Shown in pieces: positions 50,106 to 62,148 of a stretch of DNA of 64,000 nucleotides. The position numbers and the translations under genes are program-made. This stretch comes from Podarcis filfolensis (Eukaryota). The stretch lies in assembly GCA_964270895.1 (NCBI GenBank), contig OZ185443.1; one strand, written 5' to 3'. The notes below the pieces were generated by a model. That model was not told the DNA's origin, searched no databases, and saw nothing but the letters and a program-made list of their open reading frames with translations. The stretch's first letter is position 1. Each line of letters opens with the position of its first letter.

Positions 50106-52321
50106 TTCTAAGACAACGTCCAAAAGATGTTGCTCTCCATTTGTCCCTTGAGAATGCGAATGAAGGGAAATTCACACAGATCTCATGTGCCTCAGTAATG
50201 TCTAAAAGGTAATTTAACAGACCAGCAACAGATGCTCTAATCAGAATGTTGTACATAAGAGGCAGCCACGTTTCCCACAAGGTTACCCTGTAATTACTGC
50301 GGGTGGTGGGAATTGATTTTAAAATACGTTGCTAGATTGTTGGCCAGTCCCCCTCGCCTTCTCTTTTTTAAAACTGCTGCAACTATTTCTGAAAAGTGGA
50401 ATGAAAAATTGACACAGGTTTTTCAAACCAAACATTCAGCTCTTTACTGAAAAAATTAGCAGGCAAACCTCACAATGGAACTTTTAATTTATGCTATGGA
50501 ATTTGGTTTTACAACTCATTCGCAAGATTTGTGATATTGCTGATGTATACCTTCCCTTTCATCCAAACTGCTGTCACCTATGTTTCCTAAACAATAAATT
50601 CACCAACAGTATATTTTCTACAGGCACAAGAATACGTCTGGTTGAGAAGAAAAATGGTTTTGCTTTTGCCTGACCCTCTGATGATTGATCAGATCATTGT
50701 CTGCGATGCTTTGCTACAACTCACTTTGATTTAAACCCTCAGCCCTCTATTAAAAAGTTAAAGTATATTTAACCAGACGGTGTGTAGACGATACCCAGTT
50801 GCAGTTGAGGCCATTATCCTTTCTAATACTAGGTGTGGAGAAAATGCCTTTGAACAATTCAATACAAAACTACATTTATTTACCCAGTAAGTTTCTAGGA
50901 AGTACATACTTCTCTGTCTTATTTCCCACTGATGTGTGGGTTTTGATATAGGTAGAGAAAGTAACCTAATCCCTCAGTTTCCTGATTACTGTTGAAGTTT
51001 GTTGGGAGAGATGATCACAGGCAAATGAGTCGTCGGTAAACATACACACAATTTTCTATGTAAATAATTTTTCCCGGTGCAACAGAAAATGAATGTACAT
51101 GCTTACACTTCCCTACTAAAATAGCTGCTACACCTCCACAGCAAAGGGGAACCTGCTTGGAATCTTACTTTGTGTACACACTGTATTTTTAAAGCACATT
51201 CATAGTGAATTCTCTCTCTCAAAGCATTCTGGGGACTGTGGTTTACCCCTCACAGAGTTACAAGTCACCTGGAGGAAACTACTTAGATGTTGAAACAGCA
51301 GATGGGGAAACAGTTAAATATGCCCATCGCCTACCACTCCGCTACTCCCAATCCACGAGAAGCAGCTTTTCCTGATCTGAATGCATCATTGGAAGTCATT
51401 ACAAATGTTTGCATATCGTTTGAGCCTCAGTAAGGTCAGTATGGTAATGAAACTCTCTAATGGCTGAAAGAATTAATCATACAAATGCAGAGAAAATCCC
51501 AGTTAATGTATTATATGGGAGATTCAGGATCTTACACCAGCTGAAGAAACCTGATGGATATATGTGGGTTTAGAACCTTTACTCCTTGCAACAAAGAGCT
51601 TATTCTTTATAAGTATGCAATTGAGAGTCCTTCTATGAGTAGCGTCTAAAGGCAGAGAGTGTATAGACCAGCCTCTGCCAACCTGGTGCCCTCCAAACGT
51701 TTTGGACCACATTTTCCATCAGTCCTAGCCAAAACAGCTGAAGGGAGTTCTGGTCAGGTCCAGCAAAAGCAGTTTGTCAGGTCAGGCATCAGCTGAGGGG
51801 CCCAAACTCAGAAGGATCCTTTCACTCAGTCATGGGACCAGCTCCTGTTCACAGTGGCTGGCGATCTGGCTGTTTCTAACTTCCATCTCTCTGCCTCAAC
51901 TGAGCCCTAATAAAAGGTCAAATGAGTCTTTCTTCTCAGAAACCGGTATTCTGGACGGTATTCTGCCTTGGCAGCTAGAAAGTCCTTTTATACAAGGACA
52001 TTGTCCTCCATCCTTGCTTTCTTCAAACTTCTGCCTTTGTTTTAAACCACTACTTTTTCTGCTCAAAGGCTTCCCACCACTGCTATACTCAAACTTCTTC
52101 CATTGTGTGAAACTACCACTTTTGCCCTCTCAGTTGAGAACCTGTCGTACAAAGAGATCCCTTTCTTCCTCCCCACCCGGGTCTTCCCTTAACCGCACAA
52201 CCTGCTTGATGCAGAATATATTAATTCAACTCTCTAAAAGTGGACAGTGGAAGATAGTTCAAGTGCATCATTTATCTGGAGGGTTCTGCCTTTGCATCCC
52301 TCTTAGGAATTTACCACATTA

Positions 52322-52368
<47 letters not shown>

Positions 52369-52647
52369 CATCATCATCATCCCACCCATCTAACAGAATA
52401 TTAAAAACATGATAAAACATCAGACATTAAAAACTTCCCTAAACAGGGCTGCCTTCAGATGTCTTCTGAAAGTCAGATAGTTGTTTATTTCCTTGACATC
52501 TGATGGGAGGGTGTTCTACAGGGCAGGCGCCACTACCGAGAAGGCCCTCTGCCTGGTTCCCTGTAACCTCACTTCTTGCAATGAGGGAACCGCCAGAAGG
52601 CCCTCAGTGCTGGATCTCAGTGTCCAGACTGAATGATGGGGGTGGAG
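52322..52647 (-). mobile_element. L2 LINE 3' fragment with (ATT)n(CAT)n tail
   Basis: Minus reading RSSTEGLLAVPSLQEVRLQGTRQRAFSVVAPAL; close to 34250 copy. Confidence 0.88.
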
Positions 52648-53889
52648 AATATGAGTAAAATATGAGAGTTTTGCAGCTTGACAAGTGATCACTGTTTGAA
52701 CATTCACATTGCCAGAGGATCACAAAAAAGCATGCTATATTGTGTGTAAAAGACCCATAGCAGCAGCAGCCCAGAATATTTCCACTGTTTTATTTGTCTA
52801 AATTTATATTTCCTTGTCGTGTTACATAATGGTCTAGATTCGCTGTGGAATTTTTTTTCAGCTTTGCATTGAGAAAAATATATATTCAAACTGTGCTGTC
52901 TGCTGCAATGCAGTTCAGTTCATTGCCAGGGCTTGTGAACAAAAAGAAGGCAGTGTTTAAAAAATTTTCAAAGAGCAAAAGGTGAAGATTAACCGGCAAA
53001 AGCACAAGTGGAGATTAATTTTATGGTGGAATGTCACCACAATAAATGAGCAGCAAGTTCCTGTGGCTAAATGAATTTATATTGAGGCTGTCTTATAAAT
53101 GGCATTTTAATCTAGTGGTGGAAAGAGAGGAGGGGAGAGAAAAGGAGAAAACCCTTAGCTATTAAACCTTCCCAATAAGGGGAATGTATTTTGCAAGGAA
53201 TCAGATGTGTTTATTTCTGGCATTCTGTTTTGAAGCTAAGTGCTTGGGGAAACCAAATCAGCATAAACATCAGAACATGGGTAGCAGTGTTTCACTTTTT
53301 GTCCCAGTTAGCAAACCAAATTAATGCACATCAAAATGCCCTTTTCATGTTGGGAGAGGAGGAAGGTTGTCAAAAAAAGCATCATGACAAGCTACCATAG
53401 GGAGACATCCCCACAATAATCAATCGTCAATCAGTCATGGAAACTGCTTATTCTGCTTTTATGCAGCACTCTTCATTACTCCCCTTGTATAGTTCTCAAG
53501 AGGGAAGAGATAAAGGTTTCTTTCAATGAATAAAGCAATAGCTTCCTTGCTGCAAAAAACAAATCAACCAGCCCAAACATTTTATTCTTTCCTGAGAAAG
53601 GTCCCATATAAGACAAACTGAAGCAAAAGTGAAGTTCTCCTGCTACCTTACCTCTGGTAAAAGAGGGGGAAAATAACCTTCTAGTGGAGGAAATAACATT
53701 CCCCTCTGCATCAAAAAGTAGTCGACAAAAAATATTCTTTTACTCACTATTTGTTTATTCCATTTATTTCTCAGTCACCTTTCAGGTCTAAACCCTCACA
53801 AAGAGAGAAAGAAAAGCAGTAGAAAGAGATAAATAGTTGTGTGAGAGACTGAGGTCACCAAAATTCTCTATGGTGAAAAGATTTGATTT

Positions 53890-54095
53890 AAAGGCTTCCT
53901 CCAGCACCAAGACTGAAGGGGCCAAGTGAGAGATTTCTACAACTACAGGGCCACCACTGAGAAGGCTCAGTCCTCGCCAAGTTAATTGATTTTACCACTG
54001 GCCACACAAGCAGGTTCTCAGCTACAGATCTTAGATTACAGCACGATCCTATGGGTGGAGAAAGGCCTTACATACTGTCCTTGGCCAGTTGTAAA
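53890..54095 (-). mobile_element. L2 fragment, highly degenerate
   Basis: gggccaccactgagaaggc parallels ggcgccactaccgagaaggc in the 52322 copy. Confidence 0.45.
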
Positions 54096-56797
54096 AAATG
54101 TCTCAGTCAAATGTATGACCTTTTAAAGTCAGAAAAGCCTTCTGATAAGAAAATGCATCTAAGTTTATTAAAAGGTTAATAACACCATTACCCAAAGGTA
54201 AAGGTTAGGTAACTAAATTAAAAATGCTATGCTTCCCAAAAGTAAATGCAACATAAATGGCTTGAATTTACAGTTTTCCTCCTTAATATTATATCTCGCG
54301 GACCTGAACAGACTAATATTAGACCTTGCCAGAAGAGGGGAGAAAGCCATGGCTTGTCTCCTTTGCTGTTTATTTTTGAATCATATGCATTTTCTTTCCT
54401 CTAAGTGAGCCGACCACCAATTTGGCACCCAATCGGCACCACTAAATAACAACTGGATGCTGGTGCTCTTTGCAAGGGAAGGAGAGAGATTTTGAATTTA
54501 TTTTCATAGTGGAAAAATAGGTTTGCCAAAATAGCTTCAGTTTATGGAAAGGGAGGAACAGCTGTATTTGGTTTATAATAAATCTTTGACAAATCAGTAA
54601 AAGCAAATAGACAGCACAACTGTAACCCATAAAAGTGGAAAATATTAAACAACAGGCAGTGAAGTTGTTAAACTTTCCCACAGATGCTGCTGGTAAAAGC
54701 CTTTGCAAAACATCAACGTGAAACATTCAGGAGGAGAGGAATCTGGGAGCAAAGGGGCATGAGAAGGAGATGAAATTCCTTCTTATTAGAGGAATATCCC
54801 GTTAATGTGACAACTCTAGGTATGCGGACGAAGGTCTCTCAAGCATTTCTGGGCCCCCTCCTATTACTGAATGTTGGTGCAGAATAATTACTTGCTCTCA
54901 AAAAAAAAAAGAAGAAGAAGAAGAAGAAGGAAAAAATGACAGGACATTGACACTGCAGACTTATTGAATTTGTATTGCTTGCCTCCAGGCCATATCGGGG
55001 GTTATTCAATTTTGCCTGAGGAGGACAACCTATTATGAAAGATGAGTCAAGAAGGCATCTCCTCTGATTGCCCACCAAAACCATTATCGCAGCACTGAGA
55101 GGGCAGCAGCAGCGAGTGGACAGACAAGACAACGCTGATCTCGATTACCTAGGGACAAGATACAATTTACATTACTTGAAGCAATAGGACAGAGGGCAAT
55201 CAGCCTAGGGAATAGGCCTGCAGATCGGGAGTGCAGTGCAGGTATTAACAGTACTGGAGAAACTGAGCTAATTGCTTATGCTGGGCCTGATGACCTCTAG
55301 CCTTACACGATATTAACTGATTGGCTTGATCTGTAATTAGATGAACCGACTCTACATTGCCAGGACCTGAAGTTTTCACTGATGAGGCAGTTTGGAGTGT
55401 GTGCATGGGCTCGTTCCTTTCTTTCCACAGTGGAAAAATAGGTTTGCCTAAATATCGTACATTTTTATACATTCTGCACACATTACATATTGTTATATGC
55501 TACACACTCATTGTGTGTTGCTACACCTTGTAGACTGAATTTACGGAAGCAGGCGTCCTGTCAAGTTTAGCTCATTGTCTCAGTTTTGTGATGTTCTCAT
55601 TGCATTGCAGAAACTGGCACAGAATGAAACGCAAAATTTTACCCACAATGTTTCATGAATAAAATACAGCTGTCGCTCAATACTTTTCTGCATGTAAGTG
55701 AAATAATCGTAATAGCTGTGGGGATGGAACTGGATTTGCAACCCAAGGTACAGCAGGCACATTCAATTTCTAAATTAGTTCAGCATAACAGTCATATTTA
55801 GGTATTCTTTTTCAATGTTAAACACGTGATGAGGGGAGATGGGAAATGGGAAACATTCAGTGGTATAACCAGCCAAGCTGTTTCAGAATATTCAGTTCTA
55901 TTCCTCTTCTTTTAGTTTTCTGTTCTCCTTTCATAACAGCCTGTCTACATCCCTACTGAGCATGCTCAGTCATCATTGGGCTGTTTGGTGGTGGGGTGTT
56001 AAGCCCTCGCAGTTCTTTTCTTTCTTTCTCTTTTTAAAAAAGTCTGTACTTGAGTTTTCTCAAGCTTGCAGGTATCTGACTCTTGTCTGTGAGTCAGAAA
56101 TGGCTTGCCAGGTGGGGCAGAGCCACAACACTAATTTCCTGTCAGATGGGCTACTGTTGCTTACCAGGAATGTAAAGTGGAGGTGTGAGGCTTAGGGGAG
56201 TCAGCAAGGTGCTACCCACCTTCCCACCCTTCTCTCTCCCAGAAAACAGCAATAACCCATCTGCCAGAAACTTACATTAGTGGCTCCCCATTGAGAGAAT
56301 GAGTTCAATGCTAGCATGCAGAATTGTTCTAGATAGGATTCCTAGAAGAGAGCCTCTGCCAAAGACTTTGAGGGTCCACGGCAGTGATGGACCCTCCACT
56401 AACCTCCATTAATCCCCAAAAATAGCCAGGAAGGGCTCAGATGGTCCTGAGCCTTCCTCCCTTAGAGTTCTGCCCCATTGTCCACATAAATACTTTTAGT
56501 GATATTCATCTTTAGCATTCAGTGAATTGGCATCTCTTTACATTGGCCATAGCTCTTTGATACCATCACTGTTTGGCTTGCTCTTAGTTTCTGCCAGTCT
56601 CCCTCCTGCTGTCACTCAGGATGTTCTGAGTGATGACCTGGGCTATCATAGTGATTCCTCTTCTCTGGGGTTGTATACAGTGCCTCCTCCAACAAGCAGC
56701 CCTCATCATATGTTACAGAATATGTCCTTTTCGTACTCAGAGGTGATCCCAGCAGTCCCAAGAGCAGTGGGATACTTTGGATCTTGTTCTCCAAGAT

Positions 56798-56988
56798 CAT
56801 AGGAATCTGCCTTACACTGAGTCAGACTTTTGGTCCATCTAGTTTGGTATTGTCTACACTGATTGGCAGTACTTATCCAGGTTTCCAGACAATGTTCCCT
56901 CACATCCTTACCTGTAGATGGCAGGGATTGAACCTGGGACCTTCTTCACGCAAAGTAATGTGTCTGCCGCTGAGCTACAACCTTTCCT
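56798..56988 (-). mobile_element. tRNA-derived (Ala-like) SINE, near full length
   Basis: Minus strand head gttgtagctcagcggcagacac...aaggtcccaggttcaatccctg with A/B-box-like motifs; tail gatggaccaaaagtctgactcagtgtaaggcagattcctatg. Confidence 0.8.
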
Positions 56989-58819
56989 TAATTGCACAAA
57001 GGAGAGAAACTCCAACTCTGGATGGGGAGATCCAATGTTTGGTTTCCCTTCCCCACCACTGCAGAAACTCCCTTGGCCCTGGTCTTATAGATATCATTGC
57101 TCCAACATTTGCAGGGTCAAGAAGATAGATGTTTGGAGCAATTTAGGAGCAGGACAGGGTCTTGCCATGTTCCCAGTTCCCCAACACATCCTGAAGCCAA
57201 GGCTGAATTGTGCCAGCATCGGGAACTGGCATGGCTCAATCCCATTTATTTTCATCCCATTGTGAGGATGCTCCTCTGCCCTCAGTTCTGCCCTGCTGTC
57301 TCTGTATTGGAAAAGTGTACTTTTTTGTAACATACAAGTGAGATGCCACTCCAAAGAACCCTGGAGAAGGGGCATTCGATCAGGTGGAAGAACTGTCTTT
57401 GGTTCCCCCGCTGAGCCGTAGGATTGCAGCCTAAAAATCTTACGCAGAGAAGCCCAGAAATCAAAATGTAAAACTAGTGTTACTGCTTCAAGTATATAGC
57501 ACTGTTTTAAAGCTCTAGATTTGTGGCTCAAGAAGACAATTTCATGGTGCTAATGCAAATATGGAAGAACACCAGTCTTACTTATGCCATGATTTGAATG
57601 TTAGTTAAAACCTTAATATCCTGAGCTTACAATGCTAGATCTTTATATCCTCAGTAAAGCAACTTGCTAAATTTAAAAAAAATGTCTCTCATTTTATTTC
57701 CATTACTTGATCTACGCTACTACATTTTTTAAGGAGCAGAATTTAAATTTAAAAAATTAAAAATGTTATCCGTAGATTACAAAGGCCAAGAAGCAGGCAA
57801 AGAATATATAAATACAATGGTATATAGTCAGTGTGGGATATCAAATTATATGCTAGTATTCTTAAGTTTTGTGAATGGAAAGACAGGAAGAACTTTGGTT
57901 CATCAAGTGGCTACAGCCCTTTTCATTATGGTGGGTTATGGAAAGGGAAGTTGGAGGACACGACTAAATTTGTAGAGAAGGCAACTCTAGCACCAGCTAC
58001 AACATGCATAGCTTGTGCTTTACGAGATGGAAAACAAACCATTGTGAAAAACAGTGATTTGATTAAAAAAACCTCATGACACTGATGAGAAATAGTTTAA
58101 GTTTAGCTGAGTTCAATAGGATGTACTTCTGCACTGTGAAATTCTGAGTTTTCTCCCCTTGCAATTGTATTGTAGGAAATGGCTTTTACACTGTAGTGGG
58201 GGCAAAGGGATACAGTCCCCCTTCTGTTCCCATCAGTAACCATATCCAGATCAAGGAGCCCATGCCTATTGACTTTTTTTAAAAAATGCCATTGCTAACA
58301 ATGTCAAGTTTAGTTTGGCCTACATGCACTGGATTGCACTGTTAATTTAATTCAGCTGTATATTTGGTGCTTCATCCTGTCAGATGCTCAGTTTGAAGGC
58401 ATGTGGGTATCTTCTACCCCACTAATTCACCCTTTTATGCAACTGGCATCTGAAATAGTAAAAAAATAGTAAAGTAAAAATGTGGAATATTAATCCAAAC
58501 ATCACTGCTTAACTTACCTCCTATTGTCATTACACTGTTCTGTCTTTGGCATTCCAGTTGGTTGAACTTTGACTGCAGGCTGATGGGAAAATTCTTCCCT
58601 GCTACTACTTCTGGATGTCTTATTAACATTCAGCACTGTGGCCCGTCACATTTTGCTCTGGTGCTGAGAATGACTGGTGGGCATTACTAGTTTTCCTCTT
58701 GAGAAGATGCGGTTCCATCTGGAGTTATCAGAGAGATGAGCTCAGCATCCCTGAATCAGGTGCACAAGGGCCAGCATTTTGTTATCTTTGTTGTTTGACA
58801 CCTATATGAAGCCTTTAGA

Positions 58820-59442
58820 TGAGACTGCCCTGAGTTTTGGAGTTGGGTATCGCCAGTATGCTGGATGATACCTAGTTTTGTGTTTTCTTAACAAGCAGCA
58901 GGAGCGAAGTTTCTGCCTCAGTATTAAATCAGTGTTTGGAGATGGTGATCTACTTAAACACACAGAGACTAGATCCACACAAGATAGAGGTGACATTGCT
59001 GGAGTTGGGGCCAACGGCTCTGGTGAGTGTTCTGTTCCAAGCAATGGCCTCAGTGGCTTCAGTATAACAGGGGTTCCGACCCAAGGCAAAAGTTCGAATT
59101 CTGAAAAGCAGAGCAAGGAGAACTGAAGCAGGACAAGGTCTGGGTGCAGAAGAGAAGTGAAGCAAGAGTTACAGGATTCAGTGGCACCCTGGACAGCGCC
59201 ACAGAGGACTCAGGTTGGACACTCTGTAAGAGCAGAGCTCAAATGCTGTTTCAGCACTAGTCAACCTCTGACTGAGACTTACATAATACACCTCTGAGTG
59301 GGGAGAGGAGACTCCTCATTTAAAGGGGCCCACCATAGCTGTCAGCTCTAATGAAACAGGCGAGTTTGCAGGTCAACTCTGAGTCCTGAACAGGAATCAG
59401 AGGAAGGCAACATGACCTTCCCAAGCTAGAGAGGAACTGACA
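58820..59442 (-). mobile_element. LTR-like element (623 bp), no TSD found
   Basis: TG...CA termini (tgagac...ctgaca), tttaaa TATA-like site near 59320, pyrimidine-rich downstream part on minus strand; flanks do not match. Confidence 0.5.
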
Positions 59443-59794
59443 CAATGGAGTCCTCTGCTAGCAGTGCTTACAAAATAGTAGGGCTGGATTTGAGATCAAT
59501 TTCTTCTCCCAATCTAAGTACCTGACTTCATCTCCCAAAAGTGGGGAGTTTGACTTAAGAGTGAAATTTTATTGCAGATGATTGGGTTGCCTAACTGTAA
59601 TATGTTCGCACCTGGAACAGTTCCTGGACCTGGTGGTGCAGGTAGCAATTGTGGTCAAAGGTGCAGTCCATCACATATGTTACATAGCCCCTGTCCTTTC
59701 TTGTAGAAGATGGATCTTGTTAACTTCATGTGTGGTGTTCAAAGCTGACTTCTCCAGCTCCTAAATGAGATATACTGGTTTGGGACAAGTAAAT

Positions 59795-59842
59795 CACACC
59801 CTTGCTAAGTGCACACCCTTGCTAAGTGCACACCCTTGCTAA
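59795..59842. repeat. 17-bp minisatellite, 2.8 copies
   Basis: cacacccttgctaagtg repeated exactly. Confidence 0.95.
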
Positions 59843-60279
59843 TTCTAACAGCATCTCTCATTGAATTCAATCCATTGTTTTAGAGAGCTATCCTCTTCCT
59901 GGTTCTGGAAGCCAATGGAACTCAATCAGCACCTCATTTGAGAAAAAATTGACTTGTAACATTGATTCTCAAGGCGCTGGCTTAAGGTACCAAATTGATC
60001 CCATTTGTAGATTAGTGTCACAGCCTCCATTTTATATGAACCTTCTTTTAAAATTAGTCCTTTTGGGCCATTTCCTAATATGGTAAAATGTTCTTCAGTG
60101 AGGTCATTGAAGTTTATGTGTAAATTCTGATAAATACTGAACACATTTTGGTATTTAAGTTATTTTTTCTATTAAATGCAGTGACTTAACTATATTTAAA
60201 CCATACTTGATGAGATCCCACAGCCTATCTAGAAAATATTTCATCAAATTTATCCTATGCCATGGTAAACATTGTATGG

Positions 60280-60345
60280 AATCATAGAATTGTAGAGTTG
60301 ATGGGGACACCAATGGACATCTAGTGCAATCTCCTCAATACAGGA
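60280..60345 (-). mobile_element. CR1 3' tail remnant
   Basis: gaatcatagaattgtagagttg. Confidence 0.7.
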
Positions 60346-60759
60346 ATCTCAACACATGGTGCTCCAACCAATTTGAAACCATATCCTGCTTATCTTTTGC
60401 AAATGTGCTAGCAGCTTTATTTCTGCCTTGGGTGGGTTGGGGTGGGTACATGGAAAACAAATTCTTACAAGTCCTTCCTTTCTCAAACCTTGGCAAACTC
60501 TACTGAAAGAAATTTGACCACTTGGATTTGGGATCACCTAGACAAATATCTTCTTTCTCAACTGGATAAAGTGGCCTGGATCTTGAATGAGATCAGAGGA
60601 TAGAAAGTAATGAACTTTGGGATCACAAAACCAAGGGACAATTATAGCTACAATTATACCTAATGTGTTCCCTTGACAACGGTCACGAAAGTTGGCTTGA
60701 CTAAGCCCACCAAGTGCTTTTTGTTAATTTCTGCATCGTATTGAACTTTCATGCAATGT

Positions 60760-61008
60760 AAAAACCACTTCCCGAAACACGGTGGAATATAGCGCCAGTT
60801 TACCACTCCTCTCTATGTTATTTGCAAACTGGATTCCCCCTGCCCCGAAAGCAAATAACATGGAAAGGAGTGCTAAGCTTGTGCTGTATTTCTGGAAATG
60901 GCTTTTCCATCGTGTGAAAGCTCAAATGTGATATGGAAATCAACCGCTAGTCAAGAAAAGTCAAGAAAAGTCAGGAAAATGGAAGAAAAGGCAGTGTGAA
61001 TGTAGCCT
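60760..61008. mobile_element. Harbinger-like palindromic MITE remnant
   Basis: Right end gtgtgaatgtagcc matches the TIR family at 23483 and 62148; strong internal palindrome 60804-60872. Confidence 0.6.
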
Positions 61009-61695
61009 ATGTCACTTGACTGACTTTCCCTCCCCAAATGCCAGCAGAAGAAACCACAGCCCTGCCCACAGAAACTGTCCAATTACAGAGCAGCACAACA
61101 ATGAATAAAGATCTCTCTGTAACTCGGTGGACTGTGTATTCTGACTACAGTGCTGAGCCTTTCCACTTGGCTGCTCTCATTAACAGGCCTTACATGACTA
61201 ATGCGACTAAACATGATCTCATTCGCTGGCTGGCAGATAAACCTATTAAACACTGGCAAGAACCTCATTTCAAGAATAGGATCATCATCTCTCTGCCCAG
61301 GGAGGAGGACTTATTTAGATAAAGACTTAGGAATTCAGCCCCCCCCCTTCCTGGCAAAAAAGTTGGCAGTTGTCTGTACAATGCAGAGCGTTTTAAAATG
61401 TAGAGGTCCATAATGGGTCTGGCAGGGTTGCTGTCAATACTCTTGATGAGATCTGTGTCAAGAGCTGAAGATGTCGGGATTTCTACCATTTAAACCTTGC
61501 TTCTCATGGTGCTTGCGAACTGTTGCAGGCACTTCACTTTTGAGTCTTCTGTTTCCTCTGAAAAATAAAGAATGTTTACAACGGTAGCCTATTCAGGTCA
61601 AATAAATTCCACTGAGATCCATAGGACTTACTCTCAGGCAAGCAGATATAGGGTTGCAGATAAAATGAGCAGAAAGCGTGCAAAAAAGAAGAATG

Positions 61696-61840
61696 AGGCT
61701 GTATACACGCTACATCTTTAAAGCACATTCAAAGCACATGCTTTCCCTCAGAGTTCTGGGAACTGTAGTTCTCAAGGGTTGCTGGGAATTGTAACTCTGT
61801 GAGGGGTAAACTACAGCACCCAGAATTCTTTGAGAAAAAG
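61696..61840. mobile_element. Harbinger-like short MITE, right end missing
   Basis: ggctgtatacac...tttaaagcac start; same body as 36214 copy. Confidence 0.7.
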
Positions 61841-61843
61841 AAT

Positions 61844-62148
61844 AGCCACACTCACAACTATACATTCAAAGCACTCTGATGCCGCTTTGGGGCTTCCCCT
61901 CAAAAATCCTAAGTGCTGTATCTTGTTAAGAGTGCTGGGGGTTGTTAGGAATAGCTCTATTCCCCTCATAGAGATACAATTCCCAGCAATTTGGGGCAGA
62001 GGGATTGATTAAACCACTCTGAGAATTGCAGCTCTGGAAGGGGAATTTGGGCCTCCAGCACCCTTTACAAACTACAGCTCCCAGAATTCTTTGAGGGAAG
62101 CCATGCCTCTTTAAAGTGTTATCATAAATGTATGGTGTGAATGTGGCC
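61844..62148. mobile_element. Harbinger-like palindromic MITE, complete
   Basis: TIRs gccacactcacaactatacatt / aatgtatggtgtgaatgtggc. Confidence 0.8.

Noticed and set aside
51774-52322. 182-aa ORF
   Set aside because: Leu/Ser/Phe/Pro-rich product of a pyrimidine-rich strand, non-ATG start, no recognisable domain.
56165-56190. ggaatgtaaag as a miR-1/206 mature sequence
   Set aside because: Only about 11 bases match and there is no complementary star arm.
56370-56490. Two adjacent hairpins (56370-56396, 56429-56457) as an H/ACA snoRNA
   Set aside because: The hairpins are only 27-29 nt, lack pseudouridylation pockets, and the ACA is too far from the second stem.
57094-57531. 145-aa minus-strand ORF
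   Set aside because: No homology recognised; overlaps a ggctgcaatccta palindromic-repeat terminus and has a non-ATG start.
59795-59842. 17-bp repeats (and the recurring L2 tails) as a CRISPR-like array
   Set aside because: The repeats are contiguous with no spacers, the DNA is vertebrate, and no cas genes are present.
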